Source: an uncultured Hormoscilla sp. (lineage in GTDB: Bacteria > Cyanobacteriota > Cyanobacteriia > Cyanobacteriales > Desertifilaceae). From it: 64,000 nt of DNA. Within the stretch, counting starts at the first letter, position 1. Every line of letters starts with the position of its first letter. The notes beneath the pieces were generated by a model that saw only the letters and a list, made by a program, of their open reading frames with translations, did no database searches and was not told the DNA's origin. A program made the position numbers and the translations under genes. Shown here in pieces: positions 1 to 10,536 of the stretch. The stretch spans positions 2,496,001 through 2,560,000 of the forward strand of contig OZ001293.3 of the NCBI GenBank assembly GCA_963921275.4, given 5' to 3'.

Positions 1-28
1 TGCTGCTAACAATAATAGTCTAGCAGAT

Positions 29-982
29 ATGAATCCGGAAATTACCGGTGTGGCCCCTGTAGATGCAGCGGCACCAAATACTCTCAGTTTCATTGAAGGT
101 GCTAAGTTTGCCTCTCAGGTGGGACGAACAGCAGCAAGTGCTTTGATTTTACCTCCAAAGTTAACACAAGCAGCAGCCGCTCGGGGGATTGCTTGGATTG
201 CTACTCCTTCCCCGAGGTTATTATTTGCCCGGGCGATCGCCCTCTTCTACCAACCCTTCCGTCCCCAGGATAAAATTCATCCGACCGCAGCAATTGACCC
301 ATCTGCTAAAGTAGGAGAAAATGTTTATATTGGGGCCCATGCAGTCATCGAAGCTGGGGTCAAGATTGGCAAGGATGTTTGCATTAATGCTAATGTGGTA
401 ATCTATCCAGAGGTGGAGATAGGCGATCGCACCATTTTACATGCTAACTGCACCATCCATGAGCGATCGCGCCTGGGTGCAGATTGCGTAATTCACAGCG
501 GTGCAGTGATTGGTGCAGAAGGTTTTGGCTTTGTGCCGACGGGGTCAGGCTGGTTGAAAATGGAGCAATCAGGTTGTACGGTATTAGAAGATGGGGTAGA
601 GGTGGGTTGTAATAGCGCAATCGACCGGCCAGCGGTAGGAGAAACCAGGGTTGGTCGCAATAGCAAGATAGATAATTTGGTGCAAATTGGTCACGGTTGT
701 CAGATTGGAGAAAATTGCGCGATCGCGGGTCAAGCAGCCATGGCAGGAGGTGTTAAACTGGGAAATAACGTGACTCTGGCAGGTCAAGTGGGCATTGCCA
801 ATGGGATAAGTATAGGAGATGGGGCGATCGCCTCGGCAAAAGCAGGAGTATACAGCGACGTACTACCAGGAGAAATTGTATCAGGTTACCCAGCTATTCC
901 GCACAAAACTCATCTGAAAGCATCTGCCATTCACAAACGCCTCCCGGAAATTTATCAGATGCTGAAACGACTAGGACAGTGA
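29..982 (+). CDS. lpxD: UDP-3-O-acylglucosamine N-acyltransferase (true start probably upstream of the window edge)
   Basis: Hexapeptide repeats; GAEGFGF, IDR and KIDNLVQIGH motifs. Confidence 0.95.
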   Translation: MNPEITGVAPVDAAAPNTLSFIEGAKFASQVGRTAASALILPPKLTQAAAARGIAWIATPSPRLLFARAIALFYQPFRPQDKIHPTAAIDPSAKVGENVYIGAHAVIEAGVKIGKDVCINANVVIYPEVEIGDRTILHANCTIHERSRLGADCVIHSGAVIGAEGFGFVPTGSGWLKMEQSGCTVLEDGVEVGCNSAIDRPAVGETRVGRNSKIDNLVQIGHGCQIGENCAIAGQAAMAGGVKLGNNVTLAGQVGIANGISIGDGAIASAKAGVYSDVLPGEIVSGYPAIPHKTHLKASAIHKRLPEIYQMLKRLGQ

Positions 983-1036
983 AAATGGCAAGCAAAGATG
1001 TAAAAGAGATAAGGACTAAAGTCCTTACTACAAACA

Positions 1037-2011
1037 GTGAAAATGGCAAGCAAAGATGTAAAAGAGATTCTGAGGCCAGATACCCAGGCGATTTTGCTGC
1101 TATGTGCTAACTTTGGTCTACCTAGGGAAATAGAACCCCAACCTCTGACTCTGAGGGAGTACAATAATTTAGCTATGTGGTTGCGAAAAAATCAACTGCG
1201 CCCAGCTGATTTGCTGACAACAGCTACTCAAAACAGATTAGATGATCTAGTAGAGACCAAGTTAAACCCCGATCGCCTGCTAGACCTGTTAGAAAGAAAA
1301 GCCATGTTAAAATTAGCGGTGAAAAGCTGGACTAATCATGGCATCTGGATCTTAGGACGCAGTGACTCAGAATATCCCCAGGGTCTGAAACAGCAGCTGA
1401 AGCATTTTGCCCCGGCAATTATCTATGGTGTGGGTAATATAGATTTACTCTCGGCGGGAGGATTAGCAGTTGTAGGTTCCCGTAATATGGATCCCGAAGG
1501 AATTGAATACACCAAACTCCTGGCCCAAACTTGTGCTGCACAAAACATGCAAATAGTTTCTGGCGGGGCGCGGGGGGTGGATATAACGGCGATGCTGGGA
1601 GTTTTATCAGCGGGGGGGACCGCTGTCGGGGTGCTAGCAGATCGCTTAATTAAAGCAGCTGTTAATGGTTTTTATCGCCCTGGGATCCGGGAAGGGAGAC
1701 TAACTCTGGTTTCGGTTTATGACCCTGAAGATGAGTTTGAGGCCGGTAAGGCGATCGGTCGGAATAAATATATTTATAGTTTAGCAGAATATGCTATAGT
1801 AGTGAGTGCTGCATTTGGGAGAGGTGGCACTTGGAATGGGGCGACAGAAACTTTAAAACGGCAAAACAGCGTTCCTATCTTTGTCAGAATGCAGGGAAAT
1901 GTCCCCGAAGGCAATCAGCAGCTAATCAAGCAGGGGGCAAAACCTTTCCCAGAAACACCTTGGCAGGGTTCTCTCCAGGCACTGATGGCTGCAGCAGCTT
2001 GCGAATTGTGA
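1037..2011 (+). CDS. DprA/Smf-family DNA-processing protein, divergent subtype
   Basis: LAVVGSR, IVSGGARGVD, GRNKYIY and GGTW motifs; N-terminal DTQAILLLCA. Confidence 0.85.
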   Translation: MKMASKDVKEILRPDTQAILLLCANFGLPREIEPQPLTLREYNNLAMWLRKNQLRPADLLTTATQNRLDDLVETKLNPDRLLDLLERKAMLKLAVKSWTNHGIWILGRSDSEYPQGLKQQLKHFAPAIIYGVGNIDLLSAGGLAVVGSRNMDPEGIEYTKLLAQTCAAQNMQIVSGGARGVDITAMLGVLSAGGTAVGVLADRLIKAAVNGFYRPGIREGRLTLVSVYDPEDEFEAGKAIGRNKYIYSLAEYAIVVSAAFGRGGTWNGATETLKRQNSVPIFVRMQGNVPEGNQQLIKQGAKPFPETPWQGSLQALMAAAACEL

Positions 2012-2071
2012 ATTGTGAATTGCTGCGGATATATGTTAGATAAGTATAAATCCGACCGTATCTCCTCACCT

Positions 2072-2497
2072 ATGTTTAATGACATGCTTCCGTTTCACTT
2101 GGCTCTGAATGCTACGGCGATCTTCGATGTCTCCGGAGAGCGCTACTCGCACTACTCCGGAGACATCGCCGGTACATCTCTGTGGTCCCTAGTCCTGTAT
2201 TTGGGCTTCTCCCCAGTGGGCGACTGGGTAGCGGAACAGCTTAACCGCTGGTTTAACTTCGCCGAGCGATCGCTCTACACATCAGCTGAAGAATTTGAAA
2301 GAACCCGTCGGGCTAGAGAATCCCAAAATTCCTTCTACGCCTCAGTTTTCAGCATTATTCCGTTTCTGATCGCTGGTGGTTTGTGCAATTACGGGGTCGA
2401 AATTACTTTAGGTCGCAGCTGGTCAATTAGTATGGGTTTACTTGCTTGTGTCTGCTGCGGCCTGTACGAGTTGGGCCGTCGAGATAGTCATTCGTAG
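2072..2497 (+). CDS. Conserved cyanobacterial membrane protein carrying a 45-nt in-frame repeat insertion
   Basis: Hydrophobic segments; EQLNRWFNFAERSLY and YELGRRD motifs; hairpin at 2123-2167. Confidence 0.75.
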   Translation: MFNDMLPFHLALNATAIFDVSGERYSHYSGDIAGTSLWSLVLYLGFSPVGDWVAEQLNRWFNFAERSLYTSAEEFERTRRARESQNSFYASVFSIIPFLIAGGLCNYGVEITLGRSWSISMGLLACVCCGLYELGRRDSHS

Positions 2498-2591
2498 ATA
2501 GTCGTTCGTAGTAAGCACTGAAGTGCTTACCAGGCGCTTCGCGCCTAGATAGGAGGCGGGAGCCTCCAGATAATCGTTCCCAGGTTCTACC

Positions 2592-4033
2592 CTTGTCATT
2601 ACCCACATTTTTCAAGTAATTTTTGTGGCCAGCTCTACACCACAGCACAAGTCTTGGAATTTCTGCCACCCCCGCCCCTATTGTCTGCCAGCCTGGCAAA
2701 CCATCTCCAGAACGACCAATGAAACCACCCAAGGGAGGGATATTTTTCCAAAATTCTGCTGTAGTCAAATTTTCAGAGGGTAAATTTAGATGCGCTTTTA
2801 GCACACCTTTAATTGCTTCTTTGGAACCAAGGAGTCCGCTGGAATTTCCCTCACGGTACGACTTATGTTAAGCAATTGCAACAACCGCTCCTGATACAAT
2901 TGCCACAAATCCCAGTAACGTTAATAACCCTGATGCCGTCTCTAACTGCCGTTTTTCCATGGCACAACCAGTCTTCATACACTTATGATATTCGCACAAT
3001 TTTCCAAGCTATACCACTCTAATTGTTGTCAAGCCTCCTCGGCATTGTCCACCTTCACAGTTGTAAATAAAATCCATTCTAACCCATCATCAACTCCCTC
3101 TTCCCAGCAACGAATACACCATCCTGATCTAGTTTCTTCTTTTGAATAAGGACTGCTCTGGTGGCGGGTGAATAGTCACAGGAGCCCAAGCCACTTTCAA
3201 TCTTACTATACCTTGGGGTTCTCCTCATGCGACTACGTAAAAACATTGTTTTATTTGTCATGCGTGAACCTTGTGCGAGCAAAAGTTTTAAGATGACTTT
3301 TTGTTCCTGAGGCCGTTGTCATTACTCGATGAAGACAAATTCTCGTCAAACAATGCCACCTAGGCGCTTGTGAACGTTTAATGTAATCGAATACATCACT
3401 TTCTCTATCTCCTACACTTACCCATAATGGTGCTATTGTTGATGATGGAGCTTTACCTATTGACTCCACCATTTCGGCCCATTTATCTCCAACTGGGCCG
3501 AAAATTTTCTTTTTTTCGTTGACCACAGGTTTTTTTCTTTTTTACCGGGGCTGGACGCATCCAAACCTCCTGACCTGCTAAACCTAATATTTCTGGGTTG
3601 TCTGGTGTTGGGATAACTGCCAGACTACTATGTACCATTATTCCTCTACCTTTACTTCGGAATTTAAAAATCTGTAAGCAGCTATAGATTGACTCCATTG
3701 AACCATTTGTTCGGGGAGACTTGCTGCCGGTAATCGTGCTATTGCTGCTCCTACTTTAATAGCTCTTTGTGTGGGACGGGCATCTCCCAAATTACAGGTT
3801 GACCATTGGTCGGCGGCCCATTTCTTAACATCTGTTAACTCCTGCTGGTCTAAGTTCATGTGTCTTTTTTGCTACATATATATTGAGATCGGGTACGGAA
3901 GGCACAAAAGTGATATAGCGCTTTACAAATCGCCTATCATGCTTTCGTGCCCTGTGAGGGGGGGTGAGAGCCCACATACGTGGGTAAAAACCACTATATT
4001 TCTAGCTTAACAGAAAATGTGGGTAATGACAAG
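2592..4033 (-). mobile_element. IS4-family (IS50/Tn5-like) element, transposase pseudogene
   Basis: TIRs CTTGTCATTACCCACATTTT / AAAATGTGGGTAATGACAAG; 9-bp TSD GGTTCTACC; fragments LGDAR, GDRESD, LGGFIGRSGDGLPGWQT. Confidence 0.9.
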
Positions 4034-4097
4034 GGTTCTACCTGGGAACGAGAGGGAAGATAGAAAATAGATAGAAGAGAAATAACTAAAGCAAATC

Positions 4098-5417
4098 ATG
4101 ACATTCCCAGTTTATTTCTATATTGGATATTGGCGCATTCATCCACAGTTTGTGTTTGAGGTACTCGCCTATGCGATCGCCTTTCGGTTGCTGCTGGGAC
4201 GGAACATTATTAAGCAAGATACTATTACCCCCAGTCAGCGGAGTTCGGTAATTGTCGGTGGCATGGTGGGAGCATTACTGGGGGCGAAATTTCTAGTGGG
4301 ACTGCAACATATTTATCTCCTGTGGCAAAATTGGCAGTTGTGGCTGTTACTGCTACTGCAAGGAAAAACGATCGTGGGAGCATTGTTAGGAGCATTGATC
4401 GGGGTGGAAGTGACCAAAAAAATGATTGGCCTCAGGCGATCGACTGAGGATGTCTTCGTCTATCCCCTAATTGTCGCTACGGCGATCGGGCGCATAGGCT
4501 GTTTTCTGACCGGGTTGAGCGATCTCACCTATGGGGTAGCCACGATTTTATCTTGGGGGGTAGATTTTGGCGATGGCATTTACCGACATCCCGCCCAGAT
4601 ATATGAGATAATATTTCTGCTAGCATTGGCGATATTAATCCAGATTCGTTCCCGTTATCAAAGGCAAGAGGGAGACCTATTCAAATTTTACATCATCGCT
4701 TACCTGGTATTTCGCTTCCTGATTGATTTACTGAAGCCAGATTTTCATGTTATCCTGGGGCTAAGTGCCATACAGATTGCCTGGGCGCTGGGTTTAGGAT
4801 ATTATTGGGCTATTAGAGCTTATTATCACGATCGGGTAGCCTCCGCACACATTGCTAGCCATCGACAACCAGTTGTGGTAGAATTAGGAGCAGGCATGTT
4901 TACTCGCTTTCATCGGATTGGCAGCAAGGTCTATCGTTGGTTCGATCTGGACTTGCCAGTGGTAACCGATCTGCGCCGTCAGTTAGATACTCAGACAGAA
5001 CAACATCAATTGATTAGCAGTTCTGTACTAGATTTTAGCTGGATGGATGCTATGCCAGAAGTACCGCCCGAAAACTTTCTGTTTATAGCAGAAGGGTGGC
5101 TGATGTACTTGCCAACAAGTGACGTGCAACGGCTCATTTGCCAGATGCGATCGCGCTTTTCGGGTGCCACATTGCTGATGGATGTGCTGGGTAATATTGG
5201 GCAGCTAGGACTGGGAAAAACGCAGTTCGATCGACTAGGTGCCCCCTTCAAGTGGTACGTTGAAGACGAAGGAGAGGTAGCAGCAATGGGGTTGTCCCCA
5301 GTCAAGGTCGCATCCCTACCTCAACTCTGTCCGGAACGTTGGCCTTTTTTAATTACTTGGCGTCCTCCGCTCCGCAATAGTTATCTGATCGTGGAGGCCA
5401 AGATCGAACCATCTTAA
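4098..5417 (+). CDS. Lgt-like (prolipoprotein diacylglyceryl transferase family) domain fused to an N-terminally truncated class I SAM methyltransferase
   Basis: GRIGCFLTG and RHPAQIYE Lgt motifs; VVELGAG, WFDLDLP and FIAEGWLMYL methyltransferase motifs. Confidence 0.75.
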   Translation: MTFPVYFYIGYWRIHPQFVFEVLAYAIAFRLLLGRNIIKQDTITPSQRSSVIVGGMVGALLGAKFLVGLQHIYLLWQNWQLWLLLLLQGKTIVGALLGALIGVEVTKKMIGLRRSTEDVFVYPLIVATAIGRIGCFLTGLSDLTYGVATILSWGVDFGDGIYRHPAQIYEIIFLLALAILIQIRSRYQRQEGDLFKFYIIAYLVFRFLIDLLKPDFHVILGLSAIQIAWALGLGYYWAIRAYYHDRVASAHIASHRQPVVVELGAGMFTRFHRIGSKVYRWFDLDLPVVTDLRRQLDTQTEQHQLISSSVLDFSWMDAMPEVPPENFLFIAEGWLMYLPTSDVQRLICQMRSRFSGATLLMDVLGNIGQLGLGKTQFDRLGAPFKWYVEDEGEVAAMGLSPVKVASLPQLCPERWPFLITWRPPLRNSYLIVEAKIEPS

Positions 5418-5489
5418 AGATAAGAAACCCGGTTTCTTTGAAAAACCGGGTTTCTGGAATACTTAGTCTCGCTCATCGGAAATAAACCC

Positions 5490-5610
5490 ATGCCTACTCG
5501 ACCATACCTATTTTATGCTTTAACTAATAGTGTCTGTTCCCAATGTCTGACTAAGGTTGAGGCGAAAATTATCTTTTGGGATGATCGGGTGTACCTAGAG
5601 CGTCGGTCAA
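5490..5610 (+). pseudogene. N-terminal fragment of a radical SAM protein
   Basis: MPTRPYLFY..TNSVCSQCLTKVEAKIIF..DRVYL, the N-terminus of the radical SAM family usually next to Lgt-like genes; similarity ends abruptly. Confidence 0.65.
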
Positions 5611-6099
5611 CTAATAATAGTTGGCAAACGGAGCTTTTTATGTATATAGCAACTAGCACGGGAATTTTTATAACAACTGAAATTATTACCCTGTATATTT
5701 TTTTACCGAAGCCAACAGGATGGAATTATCATAAATGATTTATACCCCGTTGGTACAACATTTACAAAGTGAGCTGCTCAGTTCAATAGGGATTGGTTGT
5801 TTTTCGGTGTTTTTCGGTCTTCTCTAAAGAAATAAAAAAAAGCTACCACAAGACCTAGGGAAGTTGACTCAACTTCCCGGCGCTCGACTCACGTAAGGAT
5901 TAGATAAATTTTATCTATCTAGGGCTTGCTGAATAAAGTCGGCAGAGCAAATAAAGATGCCACACAGCTTGAAAAATGGTAGTTTCGTCGCCAATGAGAC
6001 CCTAGAAACCCGACTGGTTTAGATGGCAACAGCTTTCATTGAGATGGGCCATTGGGTTGAGGCACGAAACCCAACCTACTGAGGATAAAATGTAGTAGA

Positions 6100-6354
6100 G
6101 TGATGTATAAAAGCTGTATGCTATTATTGTGTTTTAATGCCTTCGCGTTTTTGGCCGCGCATTTTTATGCAGCGTACTCGTGGCAAAATAAATTGGGTTC
6201 GAGTCCGAACGCGAGTCTAATTTACTATAGGATATTGTCTATTGGAATTTGGCAATTATTCTATGTAATTACGCTATGTATGTTGCTGAAATGGCGAGGA
6301 AAACCAAAGGCAATTTTAGGCGCGCTCGTCGGTGCAGCGATTACCCGTGAATAG
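6100..6354 (+). pseudogene. Small membrane protein paralog 1 (truncated)
   Basis: GIWQLFYVITLC..LK..GALVGAAIT aligns by eye with paralogs 2 and 3. Confidence 0.55.
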
Positions 6355-6456
6355 TCCCTGCTGGTCGATCTTCCCCATATTGTTACTCTGTTAATGCTAA
6401 CATTCGTTCCCAGCATAAATGCGATCAAGAAAAAATATAATAATGGAAGAATTACT

Positions 6457-6771
6457 ATGTCAAAATCGAATGAATATGATATGGTTGCTGGCATTTGTCT
6501 CTTAATAACTTGACACGAGATCGCTTTTGTAATCTGGTTTCTAATCCTGGCAAGGCTAGAGGTAATACTAGAGTCAATACTAGAGCAACCTTTTGAGGAC
6601 AGGCTGCTGAACTTCTTCATATCAGCTATAGCAGTAAGTGGTATATTGCAATTGTTGTATCTGGTGCCGCTATGTATCTGGTTAAAACGGAAAAACCAAA
6701 TGAGTATGATGGAAGGAGTAATTATTAGCGCAGTAATTACAATTTTATTGAATAGCTTTTGTTTCTTATAA
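6457..6771 (+). pseudogene. Small membrane protein paralog 2 (internal TGA at 6511)
   Basis: Hand translation MSKSNEYDMVAGI...GILQLLYLVPLCIWLK...GVIISAVITILLNSFCFL. Confidence 0.65.
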
Positions 6772-7228
6772 TTAGTAATGTAGGTTGGAGAACGTTCGTT
6801 CCCCAACCATATGGTGGCGATCCCTCTTTATTTGATTCTGGTAAGCAAGTATGGCTCTTCGTGAAATGGTATGCGTTCATTGCCATCGGAATAGCCTAAA
6901 ACCCTTGCTTCGTCTAGGGTTGAGGCCGTCGCCGCGCGCGAATACGTAAATTACCAAAACAAAAGACACCAGCCCCACATATAAATACACGGCCCTTCGC
7001 GCAGCGTGGCGCAGCCATGTCCCTTGGGATAAGAGCTCTGGCAGAGATATCGAAGTTGGAACCATTATTGGTAAAGGGTTTCAGGCGCATTAGCTATGAT
7101 TTTAGCATACTAGATTGGGAAGAGCCGCAAGTATCTGCTTTATAAAAATATAGAAAATACTGTTGCACTTCATAATATTTCTTATGTAGACGCGATCTAG
7201 AAAAAAATATAATAAGGGAGGAATTACT

Positions 7229-7597
7229 ATGTCAAAATAAAATGAATGGGGTAAGATAGTTGCTGGCATTATTATCTCAATAATTTTAAACGCGATCGCC
7301 ATAACAATCTGGTTAATAATCGTATACATAATATCCGAAAGTAGCTTGGAGCAAACTCCTGTTGGCAGAGTGCTAAATACGATCTTTACAGCAGCTATAA
7401 TCGGAATTGGCATATCGCAATTATTGTACGCAATTACCATATGTCTGTGGCTGAAATCTCAGGAAAAAATTGCCTTGCTTAAAAGGGCGAACGTCGGTGC
7501 AGTAATTACAGTTTTATTAAATGGCAGCTGCTGGTTAATAGCCTTTGACATTTTCTATAATTATTGGTTATTGTTGGTTATATTTAGATGTATTTAG
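7229..7597 (+). pseudogene. Small membrane protein paralog 3 (TAA at codon 4)
   Basis: SD GGAGG; ATG TCA AAA TAA in frame with ORF 7346-7597, which contains GAVITVLLNGSCW. Confidence 0.65.
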
Positions 7598-7852
7598 TCG
7601 GTTGAAAACCGACTCCTACCGAGTTCCCTGGCTCCCCCCTAGGAACGTCGGGGGTTTGAACCCCCGGCGGGCCATCGGGAAAGAATCAAGATATCAATTT
7701 CTAGAATTATTGATATAGCTAAATGTATTTAGTCGGTTTTTAACCGACCTTAGCTAATTGGTTATAGTCAGATGTATTTAGTCGGTTTTCAACCGACTCC
7801 TACCGAGTTCCCTGGCTCCCGCCTGGTAACGCGGGGGTTTGAACGGCGGGCC
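7585..7852. repeat. Duplicated composite palindromic repeat (AGTCGGTT..AACCGAC / GGGGTTTGAAC)
   Basis: Two ~85-bp copies near 7585 and 7771 plus a partial third. Confidence 0.7.
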
Positions 7853-9099
7853 CCCAGTTCCTCAAACACAAGTTCCGCTAGCTTTTCTGCGGCCCCTGGC
7901 TGACCACGCACGGCCCGCAGGAGATCTGCCATCTGTTCCAACTTCTCAGGATGGGCCAAAAAGTCCAAAACCAATGCTGCCATATCCCGGGACTGAAGCT
8001 GACCAACTAATTCAGGGACGATCGCCTCACTGGCCCAAATATTCGGCCAAGCAAATAAGCGTCCTTGTCGGAGAACCAACCAATTAATTAATTTAGCAAA
8101 AGCCGAACCGAGAAAAGGCAAATTAGCCAGCAGTCCGGGTAACCCATCCCAGGCTCGCATGGCATCCAACTGCTGGGTGGGCAGGAACACAATCATCGGC
8201 ACAGCTAAGGCCCCCAATTCCGCCGTATTCGCCCCCACCGTAGTCAAACATAACATGCATTGGCATAAGAGATCGTAAGCGGGAAATTCGGTCCAAAGTT
8301 CCACCAGTAAACCAGTTGGGGTTTGCAAACAAGGGCGATCGCCTGCCATGACCAACTCGGCAACCCCCGTCGGCCATTGTTGAATTAAAGGATTGCGATC
8401 GGGGTCAGCAAAACCTGCTAAAGTTTCCACATCCAAGGTTGGTGCCACAGGGATGGCGAACCGAGTTGTCCGACGCAGCTTGTAAATATCCTGGGCAACT
8501 GCTAAGATTAAGGGAAGGCCCTGATATAGCTTGGCAGGTTTTGATCCCGGCAGCAATCCAATCAATTCTGATGCATGGGGTTCGACCAGGGGCCGCTTCC
8601 TTGCTGCCACCTCGGCCATCAAGTCCCCAACCACAGTGAACTTACGAGCAAATTTGGGCTTGACAGGGGCAGCAATCTCTGGTTTAATGACTCCAAAGCG
8701 ATCGATAAAACCATGCCAGCGGGCATCCCATTCGGCATAAACCACAGTGCGATAACCCAGTCGCCTGCCAATAACCACCGGAAAAAATTGATCGCCTCCC
8801 AAGAAAACCACCACACCCCGGTCACTCCAGTCCCAATTGTCCGCCGTTTTCCCCCAAAGTAAAAATGGGATAAAATGTGCGGGTGCTTGTACCCGGTCAA
8901 CTTCAGGATAGTCAAGGGCGATCGCGGCCTCTTTTCCGGTAGCATGGCGACAAGGAGACAGGACCACCGAGATCCGCAGGCGATCGCTCTTATATTTGCG
9001 CAAAGCTTGCACGACAGGGCGCACCCAAGTAGTCACTTCTCCCGGTCCATTAGAGAGAATCAAAATATCAGCTATTGAATTTGAGACATTTATGGACAT
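7789..9099 (-). CDS. Lipid-A-disaccharide synthase-like glycosyltransferase (cyanobacterial LpxB-like)
   Basis: ILILSNGPGE, IGLLPGSKP, TTVGANTAELG and FAWPNIWA motifs. Confidence 0.85.
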   Translation of the reverse strand: MSINVSNSIADILILSNGPGEVTTWVRPVVQALRKYKSDRLRISVVLSPCRHATGKEAAIALDYPEVDRVQAPAHFIPFLLWGKTADNWDWSDRGVVVFLGGDQFFPVVIGRRLGYRTVVYAEWDARWHGFIDRFGVIKPEIAAPVKPKFARKFTVVGDLMAEVAARKRPLVEPHASELIGLLPGSKPAKLYQGLPLILAVAQDIYKLRRTTRFAIPVAPTLDVETLAGFADPDRNPLIQQWPTGVAELVMAGDRPCLQTPTGLLVELWTEFPAYDLLCQCMLCLTTVGANTAELGALAVPMIVFLPTQQLDAMRAWDGLPGLLANLPFLGSAFAKLINWLVLRQGRLFAWPNIWASEAIVPELVGQLQSRDMAALVLDFLAHPEKLEQMADLLRAVRGQPGAAEKLAELVFEELGARRSNPRVTRREPGNSVGVG

Positions 9100-9576
9100 T
9101 TCTTAGCAGTAAAAAACAGCGACCTCTCTTCAGTAAACACCTTCATTGACCGAGGTGCAGATGTCAATGTCAAAGATGACGCCGAAGGTTCCACCCTCTC
9201 GATCCTGGCAGTCACAACTGATAATCCTGACATTCTCCAAGCATTATTAGCTGCTGGTGCCGATGTCAATGGGGCCGACAATGACGGTTGGACTCCCTTG
9301 ATGGAAGCTGCTGCTAATGGTAATATGGATATCGTGGAAATTCTCCTGGCCGCTGGCGCTGACGTGCATGCTAAAACTAACTTCGGCATAACCGCTTTGA
9401 TGACTGCTGCTGCTAAAGGTCATCGCCCGATCGCCCAAACCCTATTAGACCGAGGTGCGGACCTCAAGGCTAAGGATAACAACAGTTGGACCGCCCTAAT
9501 TTGGGCTGCCTCAGAAAAGCAAACTGAAATAGTAGAATTACTAAAACTTGCCCGATCGCAGCAAGCTAAAGGCTAA
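9092..9576 (+). pseudogene. Ankyrin-repeat protein with a frameshift after codon 3
   Basis: GWTPLMEAA, GITALMTAA and WTALIWAA repeats; ATG at 9092 is one base out of frame. Confidence 0.75.
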
Positions 9577-9666
9577 TTGCGAATGGCTAATTGCGAATTG
9601 AAAATTGTGAATAGATATGAATAAATAATCAATAATTCTCAATTATTCCTTCTCAATTCTCCCTTC

Positions 9667-10536
9667 TCAACCCACAAACCCCTGCCAAATTCTCTGGGCC
9701 GTATTTCTGATGAAAGAATTAGGGGATAGCATTTGACGGAGGGCCGCACGCATGATTTGGGAATAAAAAAACATCAACACCCGCTTCAGGATCGCCTTAG
9801 TTGGCCAGGACAAAACCACCGCTAAACAACCAGAGGCGATCGCCTGGGGAGTATTATCCTCCAGAGAGGCGATCACATTACTCAGAGTCGGCAGCCAAAC
9901 CAGCACTACAGACAGTCCCCAAGCCAACCAATTAATAAATTGCCTGCTTCTCAATTCCAGGGTACTTAACAATTGATTAATCAGCCAATGGTGGGTAGCC
10001 ACAATCTCCAAACAGTAAAAATGTTGTAGATAATCCCGACGCACTTGATTGAGCACATCTCCATCCGCAGACACTACCGTCCGCAACACAAATTGCCCCT
10101 GTCTACCTCCCATCTGTTGACTGTCTTGCTGGTCAACATAGTAGGTACAAAAGGTAAGTCCAGACTGAATGCGATTTAACCTCCCCTCATCGAACAGCAC
10201 CAACTTTTGCAGTGAGGCCACCAAACGCCAGGTAATTTGCAACCGTTCTCCCTGATATCGGGCTGCTTGAATTGCCTGTAACACTGACTGATTCAAATAG
10301 AAAATAAACTCCCCCTCTTCTATGCTGATGCATTGAGCAAGATAATCTTGCTCTCGTTGAAACTGCTCTAAAAACCACCCGAAAAATTTTTCAATCACCT
10401 GCCGAATCCTCGATCGCCTCGATCTGCATCTAAATAAAATGTCGGCAAATCTATACCCGTACTCCCCTGAATCCCCGCACTCCGCTGAATAATATTTTGC
10501 ACTATACTCACCATAAAGTATAACACTCTCCGCCAC
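9667..10536 (-). CDS. Hypothetical membrane protein (true start probably downstream of 10536)
   Basis: Long ORF with two C-terminal hydrophobic segments, co-oriented with upstream genes. Confidence 0.6.
   Translation of the reverse strand: MAESVILYGEYSAKYYSAECGDSGEYGYRFADILFRCRSRRSRIRQVIEKFFGWFLEQFQREQDYLAQCISIEEGEFIFYLNQSVLQAIQAARYQGERLQITWRLVASLQKLVLFDEGRLNRIQSGLTFCTYYVDQQDSQQMGGRQGQFVLRTVVSADGDVLNQVRRDYLQHFYCLEIVATHHWLINQLLSTLELRSRQFINWLAWGLSVVLVWLPTLSNVIASLEDNTPQAIASGCLAVVLSWPTKAILKRVLMFFYSQIMRAALRQMLSPNSFIRNTAQRIWQGFVG

Noticed and set aside
5422..5455. AGAAACCCGGTTTC..AAACCGGGTTTCT palindromes (also near 27223 and 44488)
   Set aside because: Common cyanobacterial dispersed repeat; nothing distinctive here.
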